From Chloroflexota bacterium (GTDB lineage: Bacteria > Chloroflexota > Anaerolineae > Aggregatilineales > J027), in assembly GCA_003697365.1 (NCBI GenBank), contig RFGP01000077.1:1-48548 (forward strand): 48,548 bases of DNA. The letters are read 5' to 3'. The notes beneath the pieces are model-generated. The model was given only the letters and a program-made list of their open reading frames with translations. It made no database searches and had not been told where the DNA came from. The position numbers were made by a program, and so were the translations under genes. This document shows, piece by piece, positions 7,931 to 17,046 of the stretch; position 1 is the first letter of the stretch, and each line of letters opens with the position of its first letter.

Positions 7931-10084
7931 ATGTCGTTATTGAAATACGTTGTGTGTCGTAATTGTGGGCATAAAATGCCCCCTGATCCACTAACTAAAA
8001 AATGTGATCAATGTGAAGGGCAATGGCTCATTGCAGAGTATGATCTCGAACAGGCAAAAGAAATTTGGCGTTCTGATGCTTTTCAAGGGCGGGAACTATC
8101 CTTATGGCGTTATATGGAGTTATTGCCTACTTCAGACCCGGGATTTGATGTTTCTATGGGGGAAGGCTGGACTCCTCTAGTGAAAGCGGCTCGTCTGCAG
8201 CAAGAATTAGGGTTGGCGAATTTATGGATCAAAGATGAGCGTCAAAGCCCAACGGGATGTTTCAAGGATCGGCAAGCTGTTTTGAATATTGCTCACTATA
8301 AAAAAGTGGGTATTGAAGAGGTGGTGTTGGCTTCAACAGGAAACAAAGCGACAGCTTTTGCGGCATATTGCGCGCGTGCCAATATTCGCGCATGGGTTTT
8401 TTTAACCAGTGCTGTGCCTAACGAAAAATTAAGAGAATTAGGACTTTATGGGGCTGAGGTTGTCAAAATCGCTGGCACCTATGATCAAGCCAAGCAAGTT
8501 GCTAAAGATTTTGCGGCACGTCGTAATTTATTACTAGAGGGAGGAGCCAAAAGCATCTTAAGCCAAGATGGCATGAAAACCCTTGCTTTTGAAATTGCCG
8601 AACAGCTAGCACGTTATGCACCTGTTGAAGATGGAAAATGGCGTGCTCCTGACTGGTACATTCAAGCGGTAAGTGGTGGCATCGGCCCAATAGCAGTTTG
8701 GCAAGGGTTTAAGGAACTGTTGGCTATGGGGCTGATAGATCGCTTGCCCAAGATTGGCGTAGTGCAAGTTGAGGGATGTGCACCAATGGTAACGGCGTGG
8801 CAACAAGACCTAGAAGAAGCTGAGCCTGTGGTGCCACGTACAAGAATTGCGGTATTGGCAACAGGTGACCCCGGACAAGGCTATAAAATATTGCGTCAAG
8901 CCTGCAAGGAAGGTGGCGGTACGATGATCTCAGTGAGTGATGGCGAAACATTTCGCGCGATGCGTCGCCTAGCACGGGTAGAAGGATATAGCATGGAACC
9001 CGCCACTGCGGTTGCTTTTGCTGGGCTTGAAAAATTGGTGCAAGAGGGGCTTATCCAAACTGATGACTATGTAGTAGTTAATTGTTCTGGACATACTTTC
9101 CCCGCAGAAAAACATGTTCTAGAGGATCAGTATGTTCTTGACTTGCAGTTAGGACAATTAGACGAGGATACGCAAGCAGTTTCGCACCGCAGTATTGAAG
9201 AAGGCATTGAGTCTGCTCTTGCTACGCTTGATGAACAAGTTACTACTGTTGTGATTATTGATGATAACCCTCAAGATAGCCGACTTATTCGGCGTTTGCT
9301 TCAAACCTATAAGAATTATCGTGTTTTTGAGGCGAATGACCCACGCGATGGCTTCGAGTTGATTAAGCAGCGTAAACCCGATCTTATTGTGACGGATTTA
9401 ACTATGCCTGATATGGATGGCTTTGAGCTGATCGATGCTTTGAAGCAAGACCCTAATGTTCGTGATATTCCGGTTGTTGTCATCTCTGCAAAAACGTTGA
9501 CCCCAGAAGAGCGCCAAAAACTGGAAAGCCAAACAGAATCACTTTGGCAAAAGGGCAGTTTTAATACACGAGAACTGGTCGATCATGTCGTGAAAACTTT
9601 GGGCGTAGAAAATGGGGAAGAAATACCTTCTGAAGATACCCCCGTCACAACTACAGTTGGGAAGATTGCTAGTGGAGTGCAACAGGTTATTGAGCAAATA
9701 ACCCCTTCTACAGTTATGGTAATCGATGATAACCGACGCGATGCGCGTCTTGTGCGGCGTATTCTTGAGGCAACGAAGCGCTATCATGTCATTGAAGCCT
9801 ATACAGCTGAGGAGGGCCGTCAGCTAATTGACGAACATCACCCACGTTTAGTAGTCTTGGATATACTATTACCTGATTTAAATGGGCTCGATTTCTTAGC
9901 TCAATTACGCCAAAACGAGAAACATAAGCAATTGCCTGTCGTAATTTTAACGGCTAAGGAATTAACAGCTGACGAACGAGAGCGCTTTGAAAAACTGAAT
10001 TGTTCAATTTGGTATAAGCTCCAATTAGATCGTCAACAATTGGTGGAGCATGTCGACAAGATTATAAATATGCTTAAGTCATAA
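7931..10084 (+). CDS. threonine-synthase-like PLP enzyme (fold type II) fused to two C-terminal receiver domains
   Basis: N-terminal CxxC...CxxC, SLWRYMELLP, SMGEGWTPL, PTGCFKDR (PLP Lys), ASTGN, MEPATAVAFAGL. REC1: IIDD, VTDLTMPDMDG, ISAK. REC2: VIDD, VLDILLPDLNG, LTAK. Confidence 0.9.
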   Translation: MSLLKYVVCRNCGHKMPPDPLTKKCDQCEGQWLIAEYDLEQAKEIWRSDAFQGRELSLWRYMELLPTSDPGFDVSMGEGWTPLVKAARLQQELGLANLWIKDERQSPTGCFKDRQAVLNIAHYKKVGIEEVVLASTGNKATAFAAYCARANIRAWVFLTSAVPNEKLRELGLYGAEVVKIAGTYDQAKQVAKDFAARRNLLLEGGAKSILSQDGMKTLAFEIAEQLARYAPVEDGKWRAPDWYIQAVSGGIGPIAVWQGFKELLAMGLIDRLPKIGVVQVEGCAPMVTAWQQDLEEAEPVVPRTRIAVLATGDPGQGYKILRQACKEGGGTMISVSDGETFRAMRRLARVEGYSMEPATAVAFAGLEKLVQEGLIQTDDYVVVNCSGHTFPAEKHVLEDQYVLDLQLGQLDEDTQAVSHRSIEEGIESALATLDEQVTTVVIIDDNPQDSRLIRRLLQTYKNYRVFEANDPRDGFELIKQRKPDLIVTDLTMPDMDGFELIDALKQDPNVRDIPVVVISAKTLTPEERQKLESQTESLWQKGSFNTRELVDHVVKTLGVENGEEIPSEDTPVTTTVGKIASGVQQVIEQITPSTVMVIDDNRRDARLVRRILEATKRYHVIEAYTAEEGRQLIDEHHPRLVVLDILLPDLNGLDFLAQLRQNEKHKQLPVVILTAKELTADERERFEKLNCSIWYKLQLDRQQLVEHVDKIINMLKS

Positions 10085-10135
10085 GTAGAAGCGAAATGCT
10101 TTGTTATGTACTTCGGTTGAAAGTTGAGAAGGATT

Positions 10136-10504
10136 ATGCCAAAACGCATTTTGTATGTTGAAGATAACTTACACAATAAACGCTTGGTCAGAAAAATCTT
10201 GCAGTCACGTGGGTATGAAGTTTTAGAAGCCGAAGATGGACATACTGGCGTTGAAATGGCAATGTCAGAATTACCTGATCTGATCTTGATGGATATAAAT
10301 ATTCCCGGCCTTGATGGTATTGAGGCCACGCGCATGATTAAGGCCTATCAGCAAACAGCGCATATACCAATTATTGCCTTAACTGCAAATGCAATGCGTG
10401 GAGATCGGGAACGTTTTATATCAGCAGGATGTGATGACTATTTACCCAAACCCATCAGTACGGCAGATTTGCTGGCATTAGTGAAACAATATTTGAGCGA
10501 ATAA
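10136..10504 (+). CDS. single-domain response regulator (DivK/CheY-like)
   Basis: ILYVEDN, DLILMDINIPGLDG, IIALTANAMRGD, DYLPKP; ATG at 10136 after GAAGGA. Confidence 0.93.
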   Translation: MPKRILYVEDNLHNKRLVRKILQSRGYEVLEAEDGHTGVEMAMSELPDLILMDINIPGLDGIEATRMIKAYQQTAHIPIIALTANAMRGDRERFISAGCDDYLPKPISTADLLALVKQYLSE

Positions 10505-10645
10505 GGGCGTGAAATCCTACTTTGTAGCGTATTAAAATAGGTGATTTGGCGTACATTGTGTCGGTCTTTTGTATGATAAGATAAAATATAGACCGAAAAT
10601 GGATTGTAATTATCTTACATTATTTAAGAGTGAAAGGAACGCGCC

Positions 10646-12160
10646 ATGCTTCAACGTCGCTCTCATTATATCTTGATAGCTGCGTTTTGCGTTTTGGCGC
10701 TTGTGGCGACTGGGAGCACGGCTTGGCTCGCGACTCCGTCACAAGCTCTTGCCCAACAAGGCCCCATTTGTGGAATTGGGCTTTGGGATACACAATATTA
10801 TAACAACACCGTTTTTAGCGGAGCTACGCAAACATTTTGTACTACGAGTAACCAATTGAATTTAGGCCTTAATTGGGGGGCAGCAGGGCCTATTGCTGGC
10901 GTAGGGCCAGATAATTGGTCAGCAAGTTTTGTGACAAATTTGTCGTTTGCAACTGCTGGTACCTATCGTTTCACAACTACCTATCAAGATGGGGTACGTT
11001 TGTACGTAAACGGCCAGCTAATTATTAACGCAATAACCACGGATGTTGCGACTTCACAGACAACCACAGGTGATTTTTTCTATAGCTTGGCAGGAAGCAC
11101 AGTTCCAGTTCGTTTGGAATATGTGAATTTTACTGGCAATGCAAATGTGAGCTTAAATTGGTCACTTGTGCAAGGTGGGGGTGGCACGGGCCAAACAGGT
11201 GGTGGCAACCCATGGACAACGGAATACTTCAATAACCGCACATTTACTCCTCCTAGCATTATTGGGGCCACTTTTCCTGCGGGGCCGCTCGCGGTTGATT
11301 TTGGCTTTAATGCTCCTGCACCGGGTGTGGCTGCAGATAATTGGTCTGGACGCTATACACGTGTAGTGAATTTCCCAACTGGTGGCGTGGTGAATTTTGA
11401 GGCGCGCGCTGATGATACTGTAACCGTGTACGTCAACGGTACTCCTGTTACTGCTTCAGCACCTTATTTTGCGGGTGAAGGCGTTGTTTATCGTGGCTCA
11501 ATTACCGTTCCAGCGGGCTTGAGTACAATTGTCGTGGAACATACAGATATTGTTGCTCAGGCTTATGTATATGTGAGCTGGTCTGGCGGTGGCGATACTA
11601 GCGGTGGTGGTTCAACAAGTGGTGGCGGAACTACTGGGGTTACATCTCCGACGGGGGTTACGGCCACAGTCAATACAAGTGTGTTGAACGTGCGAGATGC
11701 GCCTAGCCTTTCTGGGCAACGTCTTACTCAAATTCGACGCAACGAAGTATACGCTGTATTAGGTAAAAATAGCGCAGGTACATGGGCACTCTTGCAAGTT
11801 GGTGATATACAAGGATGGTCATTTGCACAATATTTGACCTTTAGCGGTGATTTTAATAGTGTGCCCGTAGCTGATGGTTCTGACCAAACGCCCGCACCTA
11901 GTGGGGATATTATCGGGCAGGGCCGCCCTGTTGGTAATATGCGCGTGCGAGAATGTCCCAGTTTCAGCTGCAAGAACTTAGGTTTTGTCCCTTGGGGAGA
12001 TACCGTAGGGATTTATGGCCAAAGTGCAGATGGCCGTTGGATCAAGATTCAATATGTGACCGCAAGCGGTGAGGTGCTAGTAGGGTGGTCATATAAGATT
12101 TGGTATCGTACCCTCAATAGTCTGGAAGAACCGCTTCCACAATTCCCTGTTGTGAATTAA
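10646..12160 (+). CDS. secreted protein with 2x PA14 and 2x bacterial SH3 domains
   Basis: Signal peptide; PA14 motifs DNWSASF..YQDGVRLYVNG and DNWSGRY..ADDTVTVYVNG; Gly/Thr linkers; SH3 motifs LNVRDAPS..GW and MRVRECPS..GRWIKI..GW. Confidence 0.85.
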   Translation: MLQRRSHYILIAAFCVLALVATGSTAWLATPSQALAQQGPICGIGLWDTQYYNNTVFSGATQTFCTTSNQLNLGLNWGAAGPIAGVGPDNWSASFVTNLSFATAGTYRFTTTYQDGVRLYVNGQLIINAITTDVATSQTTTGDFFYSLAGSTVPVRLEYVNFTGNANVSLNWSLVQGGGGTGQTGGGNPWTTEYFNNRTFTPPSIIGATFPAGPLAVDFGFNAPAPGVAADNWSGRYTRVVNFPTGGVVNFEARADDTVTVYVNGTPVTASAPYFAGEGVVYRGSITVPAGLSTIVVEHTDIVAQAYVYVSWSGGGDTSGGGSTSGGGTTGVTSPTGVTATVNTSVLNVRDAPSLSGQRLTQIRRNEVYAVLGKNSAGTWALLQVGDIQGWSFAQYLTFSGDFNSVPVADGSDQTPAPSGDIIGQGRPVGNMRVRECPSFSCKNLGFVPWGDTVGIYGQSADGRWIKIQYVTASGEVLVGWSYKIWYRTLNSLEEPLPQFPVVN

Positions 12161-12165
12161 TACTG

Positions 12166-12196
12166 AGAGGCTTGGGCATGTTTTGCTCAAGCCTCT
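12166..12196. terminator. intrinsic terminator between convergent genes
   Basis: AGAGGCTTGGGCA-tgttt-TGCTCAAGCCTCT followed by a T-rich tract. Confidence 0.8.
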
Positions 12197-12203
12197 TTGG
12201 TTT

Positions 12204-13394
12204 TTAATCCCAAGTGCGCTTATCAACGATCATACGTTCGCCTTCAACTGTATCAACGAACTTAATTTCATTGATGGATAGACGCGCAAATTGTTGAAGG
12301 GCGCTTTTAATTGCATCACGCTTATTTTCTAAATTGGCGTTACCATCTGCCGTTACTACATGCAGGGTTACTATATCACGAACGCCATCACGGGTGATGA
12401 TTGCTTGCATATTTTTCACTTCGGGAAAGTTATTCATGACCGCGCGAATTTGATTAGGATGTAGGAACATCCCTCTTACTTTAATAGCATCACCGCTACG
12501 ACCAACTAGACCATATAAACGTCCTGTTCCCGGAATCATAACCGCCATATCACCAGTGCCAAAGCGCAATAGAGGGTAAACACGATCAAATTTCGTGACC
12601 ACAACTTCGCCCGGTGTACCTTCTTCAACGGGTTCGCCTGTATTGGGGTCAACAAGCTCCACAATTTGGTTGTCAGGGATGGTGAAATCTTGTTGTCCGA
12701 AAAGTTGATACGCAATAATTCCTAAGTCTGCTGTGGCATAGGCCTGTGCGGTTTGCAAGCCATAGGTCTGCTCAAATTTCTCTCGCAACGAAGGTGGGTA
12801 AGGTTCAGCGCTAAAGAATGCTTTTTTTAAGGCTAATTTTTCTTTGGGAATCCCCATTTCTGCCGCTTTATCGAGGATGATGGATAAGAAGCTAGGCGTG
12901 CCTACATAACCTGTAACTTGTAGATCAAGCATGACCTTGACATGTATTTCAGTGTTACCCGGCCCTAATGGAACAACTGTTGCGCCTGCTGCAAGAAGTG
13001 CCTCATCAAACAATAAACCTGCAGGCACAAGATGATACAGAAAAGCATTGATCACAATGTCGCCTTCGCCAAATCCTGCAGCTTTCAATGTTACAGTTGC
13101 ATCATCACCTACAGCACTGGATTTTCCACTGTGTGGATCATAAATAGGGCCCGGAGACATATAGATACGATCCAACTGTGATAATGGAACAGCTAGCCAT
13201 CCACCAAAAGGCGGGTGTGCTTGTTGCATGGCTGAAAAATCATCTTTACTAATGATGGGTAATTTAGCTAAGTCGGCTACTGTTTGAATATCAGTAGGGC
13301 GAAGGCCGCGTTGGTCAAAGATGTTTTTTACAGCGGGCGCGTTTTCGTAAGCATAGGCAAGATGTTCACGCAGACGATGATCTAAATCGGTCAT
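12204..13394 (-). CDS. phenylacetate--CoA ligase (PaaK)-like adenylating enzyme
   Basis: LPIISKDD, VPLGPGNTE, YVGTPSF, FSAEP, AYATADLG, PLLRFGTGD, GRSGDAIKVRGMFLHP. Confidence 0.85.
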   Translation of the reverse strand: MTDLDHRLREHLAYAYENAPAVKNIFDQRGLRPTDIQTVADLAKLPIISKDDFSAMQQAHPPFGGWLAVPLSQLDRIYMSPGPIYDPHSGKSSAVGDDATVTLKAAGFGEGDIVINAFLYHLVPAGLLFDEALLAAGATVVPLGPGNTEIHVKVMLDLQVTGYVGTPSFLSIILDKAAEMGIPKEKLALKKAFFSAEPYPPSLREKFEQTYGLQTAQAYATADLGIIAYQLFGQQDFTIPDNQIVELVDPNTGEPVEEGTPGEVVVTKFDRVYPLLRFGTGDMAVMIPGTGRLYGLVGRSGDAIKVRGMFLHPNQIRAVMNNFPEVKNMQAIITRDGVRDIVTLHVVTADGNANLENKRDAIKSALQQFARLSINEIKFVDTVEGERMIVDKRTWD

Positions 13395-15157
13395 GGATTG
13401 CTCCTTGGCTTTAATAGTGGTGAAAATTTCCGTTTTGGGGAAGGTTTCTGAGCTTTTGTAATAGTTTCCAGATTAACCTTTCCTCCATGTAAGTATAACG
13501 CAGATAAGAGCGCCAGAAAGCTAATAATAGCACCAATAACGAACAACTCATTAATTTGATCAAAAGTTGCTATCAAGTAGGCTTCTTGACGCGCTGTCAC
13601 TTCTTCAAAGGTTCCTAAGGCGGAAATACGTTGCTCTACACGATATAGTGCATAAGCTGTCATACCGGGAATGGCAAGCGTCATACCGATAAGGCGTAAT
13701 ATGAGAACGAGTGCCGCTGAAACACCGCGTTCGTCATCATCGACTTCATTGATGATTGCTGTGGATACAGGCGAAACTGTGAACCCTAGACCAACGCCTA
13801 TGATAGCCATTTCAAGTGCCATCACCCATTCTGGTATATCAACATTCCATGTTAAGCTACATAAAATGAAGCCAAGCGTGGCGAGGCCCATTCCGCCAAC
13901 TGTGACATACCGATACCCAAAACGATCACTTAGCCACCCGCCCGGCACTGCAGCAAGTGCCATCGGGATTGTTAGCCCAGACAAAACGATACCTGCAAGC
14001 AGTGCAGCTGTCTGCACACCATTGTCTTCAGTAGTATCTGCCCGTAAGTTAATAACCAAAGGCACACTCACTAGACCAAGAGCCAATACGAAGCCAACGC
14101 AAAAATTGGTAAAACCTGATGCACTATAATTGCGCCTTAAAAATAGATTCAAGTCAATGAGCGGATAGCGATAATATTTTTCCCATGCGATAAAGGCACA
14201 AAATGCGATCAAGGCGGTAACAAGCAAGGGGTACATATAATCGGCAGGGCCATTATTCACAGCATTATCAGTAAGATCAATTGCTTCGCTGCCAAAAGCT
14301 GAGGCCGGGCTAAGACCATTAATGCCAACACTCAAGCCTATTAGTGCCATAGAAATAAGCGCTATGCCAACAATATCGAAGCGTCCGCTCGTATCATGTG
14401 GTTTTCTAAAACGCTCACCTCGCAAGGCAAGCAATGCACCTAGTAGTGCAATGACACTAAAAGGTAGATTGAGGACAAATAATGTTCGCCAAGATGGCAC
14501 AGAAACAGTAAGTCCAATATCTGCAAGCGTATTCGCAATGTCCTCTCCATAGTCGGCAAATAGCTTTACCATCACGCCGCCGTATAGATGACCTAGCACC
14601 CAGCCCGAAGTATCAATTGCGCCCACGAGTCCAAGCGGTTTAGCGCGTCTTTGTGGCGGGAACATATCGCTAACAATGGCCATCGTAACAGGAACTATAG
14701 CGCCTGCTCCTGCAGCTTGGATTGTACGTCCAAAGATGATCATATACAGCTCGCGCATTTCTGGTGGTGGTGGGATATGTTTATCGGGATCGGGGTAGAT
14801 TTGTCGGTATATGTCAAGATATAAATCTGTGGGCCATGTATGAGCAATGGAAACAAACCATGAACCCCCCATGAAGATCAATAAACAAAGGATATAGACC
14901 CAGCGTCTCCCTACCATGTCAGACAAGCGTCCCATAAAAGTCATGCTGATAGTGTAGGACAATAGATAAGCGGCAACCATCCAAGAGGCATCATCTAACT
15001 TAGAATCAATCGGCAGCCGCAGTTGATTGATAATTTCGGGCAAAATGGCAGAGACTATCGTTAAGTCTAGCGAGCCTATAAACACTGGCAAACATAGTAC
15101 CGCTAGGATAAGCCAAGGTCTTTTAACCAAAGTTTGGTTATCAGCATCAACTTGCAT
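13391..15157 (-). CDS. MFS transporter, DHA2/P55 (Rv1410c)-like
   Basis: LDLTIVSAILP, MGRLSDMVGRR (motif A), GRTIQAAGAG, GGWLSDRFGYR; about 14 hydrophobic segments. Confidence 0.9.
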   Translation of the reverse strand: MQVDADNQTLVKRPWLILAVLCLPVFIGSLDLTIVSAILPEIINQLRLPIDSKLDDASWMVAAYLLSYTISMTFMGRLSDMVGRRWVYILCLLIFMGGSWFVSIAHTWPTDLYLDIYRQIYPDPDKHIPPPPEMRELYMIIFGRTIQAAGAGAIVPVTMAIVSDMFPPQRRAKPLGLVGAIDTSGWVLGHLYGGVMVKLFADYGEDIANTLADIGLTVSVPSWRTLFVLNLPFSVIALLGALLALRGERFRKPHDTSGRFDIVGIALISMALIGLSVGINGLSPASAFGSEAIDLTDNAVNNGPADYMYPLLVTALIAFCAFIAWEKYYRYPLIDLNLFLRRNYSASGFTNFCVGFVLALGLVSVPLVINLRADTTEDNGVQTAALLAGIVLSGLTIPMALAAVPGGWLSDRFGYRYVTVGGMGLATLGFILCSLTWNVDIPEWVMALEMAIIGVGLGFTVSPVSTAIINEVDDDERGVSAALVLILRLIGMTLAIPGMTAYALYRVEQRISALGTFEEVTARQEAYLIATFDQINELFVIGAIISFLALLSALYLHGGKVNLETITKAQKPSPKRKFSPLLKPRSNP

Positions 15158-15168
15158 GACAATATCCT

Positions 15169-15927
15169 TTAATTTTCAAGGGTAGGCTCATCGATGTTTA
15201 CTTCTTGATTATACCCCTCAAAATCAATTTCCCATGTCTTAGACAGGTCTTCTTCTGTGTCAGGTGGGGAAGGTTCAATAAGCTCTATTCTGGAAAGATG
15301 GCGTGTTCCTTCGCGGCGAATGTAAATATCAATTTGAATATTTCCGGAAGCTGTAGACATTAAACCGAAAGTCACTGCACGTGCCAATTGTGCATCTACC
15401 ATACCCTGTATATGGTAGACTGGAATTCCTTCGATTTCTGTGTTGCCGATGAGGGTAGGGTTTTGTATTGAGCGCAAAGCGGTTCCGATACCGGTTTGTT
15501 CAGATACAAGGTCAGATGGCTCAAAATCAGCAACTAAACTTTCTTGTACCCATTCGCCACCTGTGAGCAGGGGATGATTATAGTATTGGCGATCCTCAAC
15601 AGCAATAATGCCAATTTTTTGTGTGACATCCTCTATGGCAACGCTGATGTCTGCTCGAACGCTATTCGGACTCTGGAAGATAGCTGTGGCACTGTTGAGT
15701 GTAATATCAAGGTCTTCAAAGCCTTCAAAATTTATGTAGATGGGTGCGCCACGTTGACGAAGTTCAAAACGAAAAGACTCTGCCTGTTCAAAGTTGTTAG
15801 CGGCTTCTGAGAGTAGGGCTTGCGTATCGGGAGGTGTTTCTTCGTTATCGTTGCTATTGTTATTACAAGCAGCTAGTGCAAACAATGCTATCAGCAATAC
15901 ATACCCTAAAAAGCGATGTGGTTTCAT
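15169..15927 (-). CDS. LppX/LprAFG family lipoprotein
   Basis: Lipobox LAAC; LLSEAANNFEQAESFRFEL, FEPSDLVSEQTGI, GNTEIEGIPVYHIQG, YNQEVNIDEP fit the family pattern. Confidence 0.8.
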   Translation of the reverse strand: MKPHRFLGYVLLIALFALAACNNNSNDNEETPPDTQALLSEAANNFEQAESFRFELRQRGAPIYINFEGFEDLDITLNSATAIFQSPNSVRADISVAIEDVTQKIGIIAVEDRQYYNHPLLTGGEWVQESLVADFEPSDLVSEQTGIGTALRSIQNPTLIGNTEIEGIPVYHIQGMVDAQLARAVTFGLMSTASGNIQIDIYIRREGTRHLSRIELIEPSPPDTEEDLSKTWEIDFEGYNQEVNIDEPTLEN

Positions 15928-16042
15928 TAAAGTGTACCCTCTAGCTTCATTATGAATGGATTAATCATATACTACCACTACGTCACAGTATGTGTGTAGT
16001 TCTTATAGAAAAAGATTAGAAATTATAGAGAGATGTTTATTA

Positions 16043-16061
16043 AAGAGCCAATAAGGCTCTT
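16043..16061 (-). terminator. short terminator hairpin after the cupin gene
   Basis: AAGAGCC-aataa-GGCTCTT immediately past the stop codon. Confidence 0.5.
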
Positions 16062-16064
16062 CAA

Positions 16065-16412
16065 TTAAACACCTGTGGTAGCAGGTGCGGGGGTACCTTC
16101 TAAGCAAGTTGCGCCATAGCGCCCAACGGTGATGCTATGACGTGTGCCTTTAGGAATGTCAATACGATCACCACTCTTTAACTTATGGCGCTGGTGGAGA
16201 TCGGGGAATACAACTTCAATACTACCTTCTAGGCAGTACAAGGTTTTATCAAAGCCATGACTGCGTACACCAAACCGATAATTGGCATGTTGATGCCAAC
16301 GAAAGGGACGCATTCCTTCATCAAGAAGTTGGCGTTTCATAAGTTCAAGTGTGGGGTGTTGTCCGCCACGCCATCGGGTTAAACGGACTTGTTGCTGTCT
16401 ATTAGTGTGCAT
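16065..16412 (-). CDS. cupin-domain protein
   Basis: RSHGFDKTLYCLEGSIEV and LKSGDRIDIPKGTRHSITVG cupin motifs; ATG at 16412 chosen as start. Confidence 0.8.
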   Translation of the reverse strand: MHTNRQQQVRLTRWRGGQHPTLELMKRQLLDEGMRPFRWHQHANYRFGVRSHGFDKTLYCLEGSIEVVFPDLHQRHKLKSGDRIDIPKGTRHSITVGRYGATCLEGTPAPATTGV

Positions 16413-16521
16413 TGTTTGCCTTTTTGCATATGATGAATACTTATTTTGGGATGATAGCATCTTCACACCTAATTAAACAGATATTCGATTTTTAATCAAG
16501 TGATGGTTTGATTCTGTCAGA

Positions 16522-17046
16522 TTATCGCAGATTTTTCTCTAATATCCAACAAGGCTCGTGCATTTGCACAACTTCGCCACGATGGTTCATGTATTGCCAG
16601 CGTCCTTCATCTTCACCTATAACATGATACCCCAACCTTTCATAAAGTTGACGGGCACGAATATTGGTTTTTGCTGCTGAAATCATAGCGATTTCAAAAT
16701 CACGTTCAATAAGATTTTGTTCAGCATAGTGAATGAGACGAGTGCCAATACCAAGTCCTTGCAAATGTTCCATAACGCGCAATGCATAAAGATAGCCGCG
16801 CTTATGCTTTTCTTGGTTGTGCCCTAAGGCGAGATGTAAAAATACTTGCCCTATAGGAAAGTTGTTTAATACTGCAACTAACATGAGCCGCCGACCGATA
16901 CAATGTTCTTCATATGTCCGCGCATAGACGTTGCGGAAATGTGTATACTGCCCATACCACTCAAGTTTAGGTAAGTCTTCTGGCACGAGGGGGCGCAAGG
17001 TGATCATCAAATTTATGGAAAAGATACTAGCTTGTTGTGCCATCAT
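16522..17046 (-). CDS. GNAT family acetyltransferase
   Basis: LYALRVMEHLQGLGIGTRL and NIRARQLYERLGY. Confidence 0.88.
   Translation of the reverse strand: MMAQQASIFSINLMITLRPLVPEDLPKLEWYGQYTHFRNVYARTYEEHCIGRRLMLVAVLNNFPIGQVFLHLALGHNQEKHKRGYLYALRVMEHLQGLGIGTRLIHYAEQNLIERDFEIAMISAAKTNIRARQLYERLGYHVIGEDEGRWQYMNHRGEVVQMHEPCWILEKNLR

Noticed and set aside
7931-10084. Calling the gene thrC, or linking the adjacent T-box to it
   Set aside because: The T-box points the other way and shows AUC rather than ACC; function as a true threonine synthase is unproven.
10561-10596. Inverted repeat TCGGTCT-N22-AGACCGA upstream of the PA14-SH3 gene as an operator or riboswitch
   Set aside because: Only 7-bp arms, no second copy found, and no recognisable riboswitch consensus.
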